Shown: in pieces, positions 26,442 through 36,985 of the stretch
Position numbering within the stretch: the stretch's first letter is position 1
How the letters are laid out: every line of letters begins with the position of its first letter
Source: Pelagibacteraceae bacterium AG-426-E17
GTDB lineage: Bacteria > Pseudomonadota > Alphaproteobacteria > Pelagibacterales > Pelagibacteraceae
Direction: 5' to 3'
Assembly (NCBI GenBank): GCA_003210095.1
Contig: QCNP01000003.1
Span: 3,503-67,502, forward strand
DNA: 64,000 bases
Notes under the pieces: generated by a model
Database searches by the model: none
Told to the model about the DNA's origin: nothing
What the model saw: the letters and a program-made list of their open reading frames with translations, nothing else
Translations under genes and position numbers: made by a program

Positions 26442-27614
26442 ATGTTAAAATATTTATCTTCACCATTTAAATGGTTTTTTAAATTAGAAGCTGCAAGTGG
26501 ATTAGTCTTATTAATTAGTGCAATTTTAGCTTTAATTATTAGTAATTCTAATTTGTCAGAAATGTATTTTGGTACTTTAGAAAAATATATTTTTATCGGA
26601 ATAAATAAGTATGGAATTAAACTTTCTGTTTTACATTGGATTAATGATGCATTAATGGCAGTTTTTTTTTTCTTTGTTACACTAGAAATTAAAAGAGAAT
26701 TTATTGAGGGTGAATTATCAAATTTAAAGCAAGCAATGCTTCCAATTGTAGGTGCAATTGGTGGAATGTTGGTTCCTGCATTGGTATATGTTTACATTAA
26801 TTATGGAGATACTGAAACTCTAAGAGGATGGGCAATTCCATCAGCCACAGACATTGCTTTTTCATTAGGAGTACTATCCTTGCTTGGATCTAGAGTTCCT
26901 ATATCGCTAAAAGTTTTTTTAACCGCTTTGGCTATTATTGATGATTTAGGAGCTATAATTATAATCGCCTTTTTTTATTCAGGTGATTTAAATATAATTT
27001 ATTTAGGTTTAATAATCTTAGCATTCTTAGCTTTGTTAATTCTTAACAAATTTAATATTAAAAAATTTTTACCATATTTACTAATAGGAATATTTATGTG
27101 GGATTTTACTCATCAATCAGGGATACATGCAACAATTGCTGGTGTTCTTTTAGCATCAACAATTCCACACAGAAAAAAACCAAAAGAACATTCTATGCTT
27201 ATAAAAATTGAACACGCAATAAGTCCTTATGTTGCATTTGGTATTATGCCGTTATTTGCATTTGCAAACGCAGGTGTGTCGTTAGAAGGACTTTCATTAT
27301 CATCTTTTGCTTCTAAGGTGCCTTTAGGTATTTTACTTGGATTGTTTGTTGGAAAACAATTTGGGGTTTTCATATTTTCCTATTTATCTATTAAGTTTAA
27401 AATTGCACAAATGCCGACAAATGCTAATTGGATAAATTTTTATGGAGTAGGTGTTTTAACAGGAATTGGTTTTACAATGAGTTTATTTGTAGGAAACTTA
27501 GCCTTTGTCGAGAACATGAATTATATGGATGGTGTTAAAATAGGTGTCTTAGGTGGGTCATTATTATCAACTTTGTTCGGATATTTTTTGATATTATTTG
27601 CTCCACGCAAATGA
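26442..27614 (+). CDS. nhaA: Na+/H+ antiporter NhaA
   Basis: WINDALMA, LEIKRE, GWAIPSATDIAF, LAIIDD, GIGFTMSLF. Confidence 0.96.
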   Translation: MLKYLSSPFKWFFKLEAASGLVLLISAILALIISNSNLSEMYFGTLEKYIFIGINKYGIKLSVLHWINDALMAVFFFFVTLEIKREFIEGELSNLKQAMLPIVGAIGGMLVPALVYVYINYGDTETLRGWAIPSATDIAFSLGVLSLLGSRVPISLKVFLTALAIIDDLGAIIIIAFFYSGDLNIIYLGLIILAFLALLILNKFNIKKFLPYLLIGIFMWDFTHQSGIHATIAGVLLASTIPHRKKPKEHSMLIKIEHAISPYVAFGIMPLFAFANAGVSLEGLSLSSFASKVPLGILLGLFVGKQFGVFIFSYLSIKFKIAQMPTNANWINFYGVGVLTGIGFTMSLFVGNLAFVENMNYMDGVKIGVLGGSLLSTLFGYFLILFAPRK

Positions 27615-28180
27615 GAAAAAATAAATTTTTCTGTTATATAATATTAATTTTAAGTATGTTTTTTTTTACAACAAAAAGTAATTCTAATTACGAAAAAACA
27701 TTTTTTGATTTTTCTATGAAATCTATAAATGGTGATTTAATAAATTTTTCTGATTTTAAAAATAAAAAAGCAATATTATTAGTTAACACTGCAAGTTATT
27801 GTGGTTTTACTAATCAATATCAAGAAATGCAAAATATATGGGATAAATATAAGAATAATGGATTATTGGTTATTGCAGTACCATCTAAAACTTTTAATCA
27901 AGAGAAAGATAATGAAGAAGAAATTAAAGAATTTTGTGAAGTAAACTTTAATATAAATTTTCCTATTACTTCAATATATGATGTTAAAGGCGATGATGCA
28001 CATGAAATTTTTAAGTGGGCGAAAAAGAACTATGGTTCATCAGCGGTACCCAAATGGAATTTCCACAAAATATTAATTAATAAAGATGGAAAAATTGAAG
28101 AGACCTATTCATCATTTACTAAACCTAATTCTAATAAAATTTTGAAAAAATTAGAGCAACTATTAGAAATTAAGAGTTAA
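27611..28180 (+). CDS. Glutathione peroxidase family protein (Cys form)
   Basis: VNTASYCGFT, FNQE, PKWNFHKILI; signal peptide-like N-terminus. Confidence 0.9.
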   Translation: MRKNKFFCYIILILSMFFFTTKSNSNYEKTFFDFSMKSINGDLINFSDFKNKKAILLVNTASYCGFTNQYQEMQNIWDKYKNNGLLVIAVPSKTFNQEKDNEEEIKEFCEVNFNINFPITSIYDVKGDDAHEIFKWAKKNYGSSAVPKWNFHKILINKDGKIEETYSSFTKPNSNKILKKLEQLLEIKS

Positions 28181-28936
28181 ACCATCAAATGCTGGAATAA
28201 TATGTTTGGGTAATTTTTTTTTTACCTCATTATAATCAATCCTGCTATTAAGATTTGTTAGTATAGTTTTTTTTGGTTTAACTTTTTTAACTAAATTTAT
28301 AACATCTTTTAAACAAAAATGTGAAGGATGAGGATCGTATTGTAAACAATCTATAACTAAATATTTTAGATTTTTGAAATGCTTCAAATCTTTTTTATAA
28401 ATATCACTGATGTCACTCGCATAAGCTAATTTTTTATTAATAATGTAGCAGATGCTATCAATATTTCCGTGTTTTACTTTAAAACACTTTAGATTAACAG
28501 AAGTATTAGCATCTTTATAACTATGCATATTTTTAAGTTTATTAATCTTTAAAATTGGAGGGTATTCGCTTGTTTTTGTGAAACAGTAATTAAAAGATTT
28601 TTTTAAATATTTTTTAGTACTTAAATCTGTATAAATATCTATTGGTCCTCTATTTTTAAGAAAAAATAATCTTAACTCATTAATACCATGCGTCTGATCA
28701 GCATGATAATGAGTATAAAAAACCTTATGAATATTTTTAATTTTATTTTTAATTAATTGATTTTTTAAATCAGGTGATGTGTCAATCAATACATTTTTAT
28801 TTTTGGATTTAATTAAAGCACAGCATCTTGTCCTAAAATTTTTAGGATTTTTTGGATCACAATCTCCGTAATTACCATCTATCCTTGGTACGCCTAATGA
28901 ACTTCCACAACCTAAAATAATAAATTTTAAATTCAT
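28163..28936 (-). CDS. MBL-fold metallohydrolase (PhnP-like)
   Basis: LGCGSSLGVP, IDTSPD, THYHADQTHG. Confidence 0.88.
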   Translation of the reverse strand: MNLKFIILGCGSSLGVPRIDGNYGDCDPKNPKNFRTRCCALIKSKNKNVLIDTSPDLKNQLIKNKIKNIHKVFYTHYHADQTHGINELRLFFLKNRGPIDIYTDLSTKKYLKKSFNYCFTKTSEYPPILKINKLKNMHSYKDANTSVNLKCFKVKHGNIDSICYIINKKLAYASDISDIYKKDLKHFKNLKYLVIDCLQYDPHPSHFCLKDVINLVKKVKPKKTILTNLNSRIDYNEVKKKLPKHIIPAFDGLTLNF

Positions 28937-29700
28937 CGGCTGATATTAAATAAATTTTCAAAGTTTTCTGAAGTTAATTTGTCTATATCACTAGAGTTGA
29001 GGTTTTTAATTTTAGACAAGTGTAGAAGAGTGTATTTTAGAAAACTGGGTTCATTTTGTTTACCCCTCATAGGAACAGGGGCTAAAAAGGGGCTATCCGT
29101 CTCTATTAATAGTCTATTGTTAGGAATTTTTTTAAATGTCTCGTTTAATTCATTGCTTTTTTTAAAAGTAATAATTCCACTAGCAGAAAAATATGCATCA
29201 AGATCCATCATTTTTTTTGCAAATTCATACGAACCAGTAAAACAATGCATTAAAATTTTAGGATTTTTATTTTTGTATTTATTTAATATGTCAAAAGTTT
29301 CTTTCTCAGCACTTCTTGAATGTACTATTATAGGAATATCAAGATAAATTGAAGCTAATATGTGTTTTTCAAAACTTTCTATTTGTTTATTTCGATCAGA
29401 GTTATTATAAAAAAAGTCTAAACCTGTTTCACCAACTCCTATTATTTTTTCACTTTTTTTAACATTATTTATAATTTCTTCAGTTGATGCTTCATTTGAA
29501 TTCGTTTCGTGAGGATGAATTCCAAAAGTACCATATATTATTTTATCTATTTTAACTATATCTAGAATTTTATTAAAATTATTATTAGTTGTGCATATAG
29601 TTAGAATTTTTTTAATTCCAACTGTTTTGCATCTCTCAATAACTTCGTTTAAATTATTTATTAATGGTACTCTGTCTAAATGGCAATGAGAGTCAATCAT
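28933..29700 (-). CDS. TatD-family hydrolase
   Basis: MIDSHCHLD, GIHPH, GETGLD, LIETDSPFLAP; start refined to 29700. Confidence 0.92.
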   Translation of the reverse strand: MIDSHCHLDRVPLINNLNEVIERCKTVGIKKILTICTTNNNFNKILDIVKIDKIIYGTFGIHPHETNSNEASTEEIINNVKKSEKIIGVGETGLDFFYNNSDRNKQIESFEKHILASIYLDIPIIVHSRSAEKETFDILNKYKNKNPKILMHCFTGSYEFAKKMMDLDAYFSASGIITFKKSNELNETFKKIPNNRLLIETDSPFLAPVPMRGKQNEPSFLKYTLLHLSKIKNLNSSDIDKLTSENFENLFNISR

Positions 29701-31228
29701 TTGTAATTTTATTAAATAATATACCGATTTTATTAATTTTTTTAATATTTTTAAGAAAATTATCGTCCTTAATTGATTTAAAATCAATTTCATTTTCTTT
29801 TATATTAAAAATTTTCAAAGCATTTAAAGAGGATTTTGGCATAATAGGATATATAATTATTGATATTCTTCTAATAAGTTCTAAACTTACATAAACTATT
29901 GTATTTAGTCTTGTCTTATCATCTTTTTTATTCCACGGTGCTTCATCATTAAAATATTTATTAGATGAAAATAATGTATCCATCAAAAATTTTACATAAA
30001 AATTTATATCTTGCTTGTCTATAGAATTTACTAATATATCAAAATTTTTATTAAATTTACCTAATATAAGTTTATCTTGATCCATAAGATTAATTTCATC
30101 AGGAATATTTAGATCAAAATTTTTTTCAGTGAAAGAAATTACTCTCTGGCAAAGATTACCATAATTATTAGCAAGATCGCTATTAATACAATTTTCTAGT
30201 TTTTCTTTAGAAATGTTTCCATCATTACCAAATGAAACTTCTTTAAGTAAATAAAATCTTAAAGGATCTAAACCATATTTATCAATAATTTCTAAAGGAT
30301 CTAAAATATTACCTTTTGATTTAGACATTTTTTCATCATTAGATAATATCCATCCATGACCATATATAGTTTTTGGTAATGAAATATTAGCTGCTAGAAG
30401 AAAAGCTGGCCAGTACACAGCATGAAATCTGATTATATCTTTTCCAATTAAATGTAAATTAGCAGGCCAGAAATTTTTATAAATATCATTATCTTCTGAT
30501 TTAAAATCTAATGCGCTTAAATAATTGGTTAATGCGTCTAACCAAACATAAATAACATGATCATTATTTGATGGGACTTTAATACCCCACTTTAATGATT
30601 TTCGGCTTATAGATAAATCCTTTAAACCACCTTTAACAAAACTAACAACTTCATTCCTTCTGCTTTCTGGCCTAATAAATTCAGGATTTTTTTCATAATA
30701 GTCAAGAAGAGTATTTTGCCATTTTGACAATTTAAAAAAAAATGACTCCTCCTCTACCCATTCAACTTTTGAACCAGAAATTTTTGAGACTTTTTCATTA
30801 TCTTTTTCGATAATTTCATCATCAGAATAAAATGCTTCATCAGATACTGAATACCATCCCGAATATTTTGACAAATAAATTTCATTTTTTTTTTCTAAAA
30901 TTTTCCACAACTTTTCAACTGATAATTTGTGCCTTTCTTCAGTAGTCCTAATAAAATCATTATTTGATAGGTTAAGTTTCAATGAAAGATCTTTAAAAGT
31001 TTTGCTTATTTTATTACAAAATTCTAAAGTATCCATTTTTGCATCTATAGATGCTTTTTCAATTTTTTGTCCATGTTCATCAGTGCCTGTTAGAAAATAA
31101 ACTTTAAAACCATTAATTTTTTTAAATCTAGCAAAAAAATCAGCAACTATACTAGAGTAAGCATGACCCATATGAGGTTTGGCTGATGGATAATAAATAG
31201 GTGTTGTTATATAGTAATTATTTTTCAT
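29693..31228 (-). CDS. metG: Methionine--tRNA ligase
   Basis: YYITTPIYY, HMGH, YVWLDAL, KMSKS; start refined to 31228. Confidence 0.97.
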   Translation of the reverse strand: MKNNYYITTPIYYPSAKPHMGHAYSSIVADFFARFKKINGFKVYFLTGTDEHGQKIEKASIDAKMDTLEFCNKISKTFKDLSLKLNLSNNDFIRTTEERHKLSVEKLWKILEKKNEIYLSKYSGWYSVSDEAFYSDDEIIEKDNEKVSKISGSKVEWVEEESFFFKLSKWQNTLLDYYEKNPEFIRPESRRNEVVSFVKGGLKDLSISRKSLKWGIKVPSNNDHVIYVWLDALTNYLSALDFKSEDNDIYKNFWPANLHLIGKDIIRFHAVYWPAFLLAANISLPKTIYGHGWILSNDEKMSKSKGNILDPLEIIDKYGLDPLRFYLLKEVSFGNDGNISKEKLENCINSDLANNYGNLCQRVISFTEKNFDLNIPDEINLMDQDKLILGKFNKNFDILVNSIDKQDINFYVKFLMDTLFSSNKYFNDEAPWNKKDDKTRLNTIVYVSLELIRRISIIIYPIMPKSSLNALKIFNIKENEIDFKSIKDDNFLKNIKKINKIGILFNKITND

Positions 31229-32153
31229 TAAAAACCTTATTTTTAAATTCAATTATGAAACTATCAAAATCTAAATTATATTTAATTAAATCGTCGAATC
31301 TTTTTATAAAATAAGAAAATAAGTCATAATAATTATCTTTATTTTTTGTTGTTTTGAATTTTATATAAAAAAAATTTTGAATTAAAAAAAATAAATAATC
31401 ATTAACAAAAGAATTTCTTTTGTAATTTTTTTTTATAAAAATATTTTCCAATAATAAATTTATATCAGTTTTCGATATATCTAATTCATTCATCTCACAA
31501 TATTCAAAATAATCTAAATAAAATTTTGGTAAAAAATAATTATTTTTAAAATCACTGTGAAAAATGTCATAATTAGACTGAGTAATATTGTTAATTATTT
31601 TTTTTTTGCTTTCTTGATCTAGAAAAATTTTAAATTCAATACATCTTGATTTAATAGTTTCTAGAATATTTCTTTGTGAATTATGAATTAAGAAAAAATA
31701 AACATTTTCTGGAGGCTCTTCTAAAACTTTAAGTAACGAGTTTGAGGAATTTTTATTTAAATATTCACAATCATCTATTATGATAATTTTAGGAAGGTTA
31801 TCAAAAGATGTTTTTGTCAGATAATTTAATAATTCTCTTACTTGAAGTATTTCTATATTTTTTTTACCTTCGCTCAAAGAAATTAAAAAAAAATTGATAT
31901 GGGTATTTGAAGCAATCAAATTAAAAGTTTTATTTTTTTTATCTATTTCCCTCCTTTTTAAGTTGTAATTGAATTCCTCATTTTGAGACAAAATGTAATT
32001 AGTGAGATGATAAGCAAGAGTTGATTTACCAATACCTTTATATCCAGACAAAATAATTTTATTGGGTAAATTTTTGTTTAAATATAAGTTAACCAGTTCA
32101 TTAAAAACATCATAATGTGCAAATAGCTTTGTTTGTTGGTTTGGTTTGGTCAT
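31218..32153 (-). CDS. holB: DNA polymerase III subunit delta'
   Basis: GYKGIGKST, NSLLKVLEEPP, TIKSRC; tmk-holB-metG synteny. Confidence 0.88.
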   Translation of the reverse strand: MTKPNQQTKLFAHYDVFNELVNLYLNKNLPNKIILSGYKGIGKSTLAYHLTNYILSQNEEFNYNLKRREIDKKNKTFNLIASNTHINFFLISLSEGKKNIEILQVRELLNYLTKTSFDNLPKIIIIDDCEYLNKNSSNSLLKVLEEPPENVYFFLIHNSQRNILETIKSRCIEFKIFLDQESKKKIINNITQSNYDIFHSDFKNNYFLPKFYLDYFEYCEMNELDISKTDINLLLENIFIKKNYKRNSFVNDYLFFLIQNFFYIKFKTTKNKDNYYDLFSYFIKRFDDLIKYNLDFDSFIIEFKNKVFNEK

Positions 32154-32764
32154 TTAATTTTTAGAAGTTTCTTAATTTGATTAATTATTTTTTCTTCATT
32201 AAATTTTTTTGTTAAATCCGCTTTTATAATCATTTTATGCTTATTTTTTCCTAATATTTTAATAAATCCATTTTGTACTTTTTCATAAAATTTTTTAGAA
32301 TAATTATCATATTTATTCTTTTTTCCTCCAATACGTTTTGCAAGAAGTTTATGAGGTAAGATATGTAAAAAAGTATAATCTGCTTTTAAATTACCTATAA
32401 CAAAGTTATTTAAATATTTAATTTTTTTTTCGTTAATATTAAAACCATAGTGTTGATATGCCAATGTGGAGTCTACAAATCTATCAATTAAAATAATTTT
32501 TTTTTTTAGATTTGGTTTAATTAGTTTATCGTAATTTTCTTTTCTAGCTGCTAGATACAACAATAAATCTGACTCCTTTGATAAAGAAGAATTATTTTTT
32601 AAGATAATTTTTCTTATAATTTCAGAATTAGACGACCCACCTGGTTCCCTAAATTTAATAAATTTAATTTTTTTCGATTTTAGAAATTTTGCAACTTGAT
32701 TTATGTGGTAACTTTTACCAGTTCCATCAACACCTTCAAATACAATAATTTTTTTATACATCAC
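32150..32764 (-). CDS. tmk: Thymidylate kinase
   Basis: FEGVDGTGKS, REPGG, DRFVDSTLAYQ. Confidence 0.95.
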   Translation of the reverse strand: MMYKKIIVFEGVDGTGKSYHINQVAKFLKSKKIKFIKFREPGGSSNSEIIRKIILKNNSSLSKESDLLLYLAARKENYDKLIKPNLKKKIILIDRFVDSTLAYQHYGFNINEKKIKYLNNFVIGNLKADYTFLHILPHKLLAKRIGGKKNKYDNYSKKFYEKVQNGFIKILGKNKHKMIIKADLTKKFNEEKIINQIKKLLKIK

Positions 32765-33914
32765 CCCAGATGAGATAATTTATTGATTTAATAAGTCCTG
32801 AAAAAATGTTAACTTTTTTAACTTCTTCAATTGCGAATATGTCTAGTTCATCTAAAATCTCATCTTTATAACTTAATTTAAGTTTTGCTACCTTTTGATC
32901 TTTTTGAACTGGAGCTAATATAGGACCTTGATAAATTACAACAGCTTTTAAATATTTTTTTCTAGCTTTAGGTATAGTCTTATACAAATCTTTTTTAATA
33001 TATCCTTTTACAGTTTTTTTCTTTCCTAACCAAACATCCAATTCAACAAAATTTTTATTTTTTTCTGCTATTTTAATTGTATCAAAGTTTGTCAATCCCC
33101 AAGTTAAAAGTTTAGATGATTGTTTTGATCTTGAGTTTTTAGTTTCAAATCCACTACCGACAGCTATCAATCTTCTTTTTCCTCTTTTTATTGAACTAGC
33201 TAAAGAATATTTCTCAACTGCTAAATAACCTGTTTTAATTCCATCAGCACCAAAATTTTTATACAATAATGGATTTCTATTACCTTGTGTAATTGGTTCA
33301 CCTCCTGTCCTATCCCAAGTAAACTCTTTCTCTTTAAAATAATTATAATAGTTAGGATAGTTCTTAATTAGATAATTTGACATTTTCAAAATGTCCTCAA
33401 CTGTAGAATAATTATCTGGATCATTAATACCCGAAGAATTTGTAAAATTTGTATTTTCCATTCCAATTTCAGCAGCTTTAGTATTCATTAACATAGCGAA
33501 TTCTTCCTCTGTGCCAGCAACTCCTTCGGCAAGAGCAACACAGGCGTCATTGCCAGATGCTACAATTATTCCTTTAAGTAAATTTTCAACTGTAACTTCG
33601 TCTCCAACCATAATAAACATTGATGAATAGCCCGATTGAGATAACCTCCAAGCATTTTCAGATATCATAATTTTATCATCAAGACTAAGATCACCGGCTT
33701 TAAGTAAATCAAATACAACAATACTTGTCATAATTTTTGTCATTGATGCTGGATATATTGATCTAGTAATGTCTTTCTCAAATAAAATTTCACCAGATAA
33801 ATAATCTTGTAATATTGCGGTCCTTGCTTTTATATCAAAGGCCGCAAATACTTTGGTTATTGTAAATAAATAAAAGAGCAAAATATATATTGTAATTTTT
33901 TTAAATATCTTCAT
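32754..33914 (-). CDS. dacA: D-alanyl-D-alanine carboxypeptidase (PBP5/6 type)
   Basis: PASMTK (SxxK), SGN, KTG motifs. Confidence 0.93.
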   Translation of the reverse strand: MKIFKKITIYILLFYLFTITKVFAAFDIKARTAILQDYLSGEILFEKDITRSIYPASMTKIMTSIVVFDLLKAGDLSLDDKIMISENAWRLSQSGYSSMFIMVGDEVTVENLLKGIIVASGNDACVALAEGVAGTEEEFAMLMNTKAAEIGMENTNFTNSSGINDPDNYSTVEDILKMSNYLIKNYPNYYNYFKEKEFTWDRTGGEPITQGNRNPLLYKNFGADGIKTGYLAVEKYSLASSIKRGKRRLIAVGSGFETKNSRSKQSSKLLTWGLTNFDTIKIAEKNKNFVELDVWLGKKKTVKGYIKKDLYKTIPKARKKYLKAVVIYQGPILAPVQKDQKVAKLKLSYKDEILDELDIFAIEEVKKVNIFSGLIKSINYLIWGDV

Positions 33915-34662
33915 GTCTTAAAATTTCTATATTTTCAAATCCTAAATTATTTATACTATAAAACTTGTTTTGTAGAGAGTTAATATTTCTGTAAGGACCG
34001 ATATAAACTCTATGTTTATTTTTTGTTTTTTTTAAAATCTTTACATTTTTTATTAAAGTTTCACTTATTATTCTATCTTTTAAATTTATTGCATTTTCCT
34101 CAAAATAAAAGTCAGCTATTTTAATAGAGAACAAGAAAGGTTTATTTAATCCAGGTTTGCTTTTGCTTTTTGTATTTGAATTTAAATTTTTAATACTTAT
34201 TTCTTCAACGGGTGCTTTATTAGCAACTTTTTTTTCCTCATCAAATGTTTTTGTTTTTTTTGCAATAAAAACAGAATTATTTTTAATTTCTACAATTTCA
34301 ACATAAGGTTGACTTATATCAATTTCTAACTCTGTGAAAATTCTTTTAGATAGTACAGAATTATAAAAATTAATATTTTTAATTTTTTTGTCTACCTGTG
34401 CGACTAAGCTTTTTTTATTAATTAAATTTGTTATTTTGACTTTCGTGCCTCTATTTAAATAATCATGATAAATAGACAAGCTTCTATCATCAATTTTTTT
34501 TTTTATAATTTTTTTTTTTAACAATTCATCTGAATAAATAAGGGCAAAACCTTTATTTTCATATTTATTTTGATTATATTTAATTTTACTGGAATTAATG
34601 GTGTCAATTTTACAAGCTGATAAAATAAATAATAATAAAATAAATAAAATTTTATAATTCAT
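33901..34662 (-). CDS. RlpA-like lipoprotein with C-terminal SPOR domain
   Basis: Lipobox LSAC; GTKVKITNL DPBB-like segment; HRVYIGPY SPOR-like tail; mltB-rlpA-dacA synteny. Confidence 0.72.
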   Translation of the reverse strand: MNYKILFILLLFILSACKIDTINSSKIKYNQNKYENKGFALIYSDELLKKKIIKKKIDDRSLSIYHDYLNRGTKVKITNLINKKSLVAQVDKKIKNINFYNSVLSKRIFTELEIDISQPYVEIVEIKNNSVFIAKKTKTFDEEKKVANKAPVEEISIKNLNSNTKSKSKPGLNKPFLFSIKIADFYFEENAINLKDRIISETLIKNVKILKKTKNKHRVYIGPYRNINSLQNKFYSINNLGFENIEILRHEDI

Positions 34663-35650
34663 TTAAAAACTCATTTTTAAGTGTACAAACAGCAATTGCG
34701 AATCTCAAAGATCTATTCCAGGTTAATATTTTTTCATAATTTGAAAATATTAAGTAAGCCGGTGATAATTTGCTATTACTTTCTATAATATCAGTATCGG
34801 GTGTTACTATAGCAACGACTTCATTATCATCTATAAAATTATTATTAAATTTTAAATATTTTTTTAAATATTTATATTTTTTTTTGTTTTTAATATTTCT
34901 TGCTGATGTATTTAATAATTTTTTTGGAACATTTTTTGTTAACTCGACTTTGTAAAAACAAGGTTTATTTTTTTTCCATCCAATGCTTTTCATGTAATTT
35001 GCTGCAGATGCAAACGAGTCATCGACTGCTTTTAGTTCAATAATCGTGTTTTTATTATAATCAATTGCATATTTTGATATTGTTGAAGGCATAAATTGAA
35101 AATTTCCAAAAGCACCTGCCCAAGAACCAAACAATATATTTTTATCGATTTTATTTCGATCTATAAGCTTTAAAGCTGTAATAAGTTCTGATGTAAAAAA
35201 TTCGCTTCTTCTTTTATCAAAACTTAGAGTTGCTAAAGAAGAAATGATATCCATTTTACCTAGGTATGTCCCATAATTCGTCTCAATACCCATTAAGGCT
35301 AATAGCAATTCTTTTTCTACATCAAATTCTTCATCAACAATATTAATTAAAGATTTATTTCTTTTATAAATTTTTATACCTTTTTTAACTCTATCTTTTG
35401 AGGTTCTTTTAGAAACATAAGTCTTTGTATCCTCATAAAATTCAGGTTGGTATCTATCATACTCTATTACCTTTGGTAAAAATATTGCTTTATCCATTAC
35501 TGAATTAACTGTTTTTTTTGAAATTCCCTCTTGAATAGCTTTCATTTTAAATTTATTTAACCAAATATTAAAATTTTCATTAGAGCTAACTTGAAGACTT
35601 CCAACAGTCAAAAATATTAAAGTAAAAATAATTAATCTAATTTTTTTCAT
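34652..35650 (-). CDS. mltB: Lytic murein transglycosylase B
   Basis: GIETNYG, LATLSFD, GSWAGAFGNFQFMPS, ASAANY. Confidence 0.92.
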   Translation of the reverse strand: MKKIRLIIFTLIFLTVGSLQVSSNENFNIWLNKFKMKAIQEGISKKTVNSVMDKAIFLPKVIEYDRYQPEFYEDTKTYVSKRTSKDRVKKGIKIYKRNKSLINIVDEEFDVEKELLLALMGIETNYGTYLGKMDIISSLATLSFDKRRSEFFTSELITALKLIDRNKIDKNILFGSWAGAFGNFQFMPSTISKYAIDYNKNTIIELKAVDDSFASAANYMKSIGWKKNKPCFYKVELTKNVPKKLLNTSARNIKNKKKYKYLKKYLKFNNNFIDDNEVVAIVTPDTDIIESNSKLSPAYLIFSNYEKILTWNRSLRFAIAVCTLKNEFLNEL

Positions 35651-36509
35651 ATAAATTATTTAAATAAATTAACACAGCTATCCATATAATTATAAAACTT
35701 ATAAACTTTTCAAAAGAAAAAATTTCATCATAATAAAAATACCCTAACAAAAATTGAAATGTTGGAGTTATGTAAAATATCATACCTGTGGGCCCTAAAC
35801 CAGATAACTCCACGCCTTTTACATACAAAAATAGAGGTATAACAGTTATCGGGCCAGCTAAAATTAGCAAAAACATTAAACTAATATTGTCTGTTGAAAA
35901 ATTATTTGTTCCTAAAGTGAATAAATAAAGAAGAGCTAATAAAGCAAATGGAAATATAAAAAAACTTTCAACTAGTAAACCAATATCTGTATCAACTAAA
36001 ATCAATTTTCTACAAACATTATATAAAGACCAAGAAATTGCCACTGTTAAACCTATCCATGGAATACTTTTAAATTCATAGAGCATATAAAAGATAGATA
36101 TTATTACTAAAATTATTGATAAAATTATCTTTAAATTTAAACTCTCTTTAAAAAATAAATAACCAAAAAAAACACTCATTATTGGCATTATAAAATAGCC
36201 AAAACTTGCATTAATAATTTGATTAGTAGTAACTGCATATATCCATACCGACCAGTTTGTAAGAATTAAAATTGAGGACACTAAAAGTATTAAAAATTTT
36301 TTTTTTGATTTAAAAACATTTTTAATTTTTTCAAACTTGAAAAGAAAAAATGAAGTTATTAACAAAAAAATTGTGGTCCACAAACATCTATGAATCACAA
36401 GTTCTTCTGGGCCGACGAATGCTAAAGATCTAAAATAAATAACACCTATTACTCCCCACCAAAAAGATCCTAAGCTACTAAGAAGTATACCTTGATTAAA
36501 TTTTTTCAT
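35637..36509 (-). CDS. rarD: RarD-family EamA transporter
   Basis: ASFGYFIMP...GYLFFKE, FYITPTFQFLLG; start refined to 36509. Confidence 0.85.
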   Translation of the reverse strand: MKKFNQGILLSSLGSFWWGVIGVIYFRSLAFVGPEELVIHRCLWTTIFLLITSFFLFKFEKIKNVFKSKKKFLILLVSSILILTNWSVWIYAVTTNQIINASFGYFIMPIMSVFFGYLFFKESLNLKIILSIILVIISIFYMLYEFKSIPWIGLTVAISWSLYNVCRKLILVDTDIGLLVESFFIFPFALLALLYLFTLGTNNFSTDNISLMFLLILAGPITVIPLFLYVKGVELSGLGPTGMIFYITPTFQFLLGYFYYDEIFSFEKFISFIIIWIAVLIYLNNLYEKN

Positions 36510-36614
36510 AGAAAAACCAATTAATAAGGACAATTACACCTAAATTATAACAAGATATAGAAAAAAACTTATTATGTTGTAGAAATATTTTTTTTTAATA
36601 TAAATACTTGTCAT

Positions 36615-36704
36615 GGAGAGATGGCTGAGCGGTTGAAAGCACCGGTCTTGAAAACCGGCAAAGGGGCAACTCTTTCCTGGGTTCGAATCCCAGTCTCTCC
36701 GCCA
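36615..36704 (+). tRNA. tRNA-Ser (TGA)
   Basis: GGAGAGATGGCTGAGCGG..., CCGGT-CTTGAAA-ACCGG anticodon arm, long variable arm, ends CTCTCCGCCA. Confidence 0.97.
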
Positions 36705-36708
36705 TAAA

Positions 36709-36966
36709 TTAATAATCTTGAAACCGTTTAATTATATAACTGAAGTTTTTATCATTATCGTTAATTATCGTTTCTTTTTTTTTTATTGAGATTAAAGATT
36801 CGTCATTCATATTAACTAATTTATCTAATGCAATAAGATTATCTATATCTAAAGTATTTATTAATGATTTTACAAAAGCTATCATTAATATATCCATTTC
36901 TTTAGTACCTCTATACGATGCCCTATAAATAATTTTATTTTTAAGATCTTCTTTATTTTGTAACAT
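36709..36966 (-). CDS. sdhE: FAD assembly factor SdhE
   Basis: YRASYRGTKEMDIL motif; divergent from recG. Confidence 0.88.
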   Translation of the reverse strand: MLQNKEDLKNKIIYRASYRGTKEMDILMIAFVKSLINTLDIDNLIALDKLVNMNDESLISIKKKETIINDNDKNFSYIIKRFQDY

Positions 36967-36985
36967 AGATATATAAGTACTAATA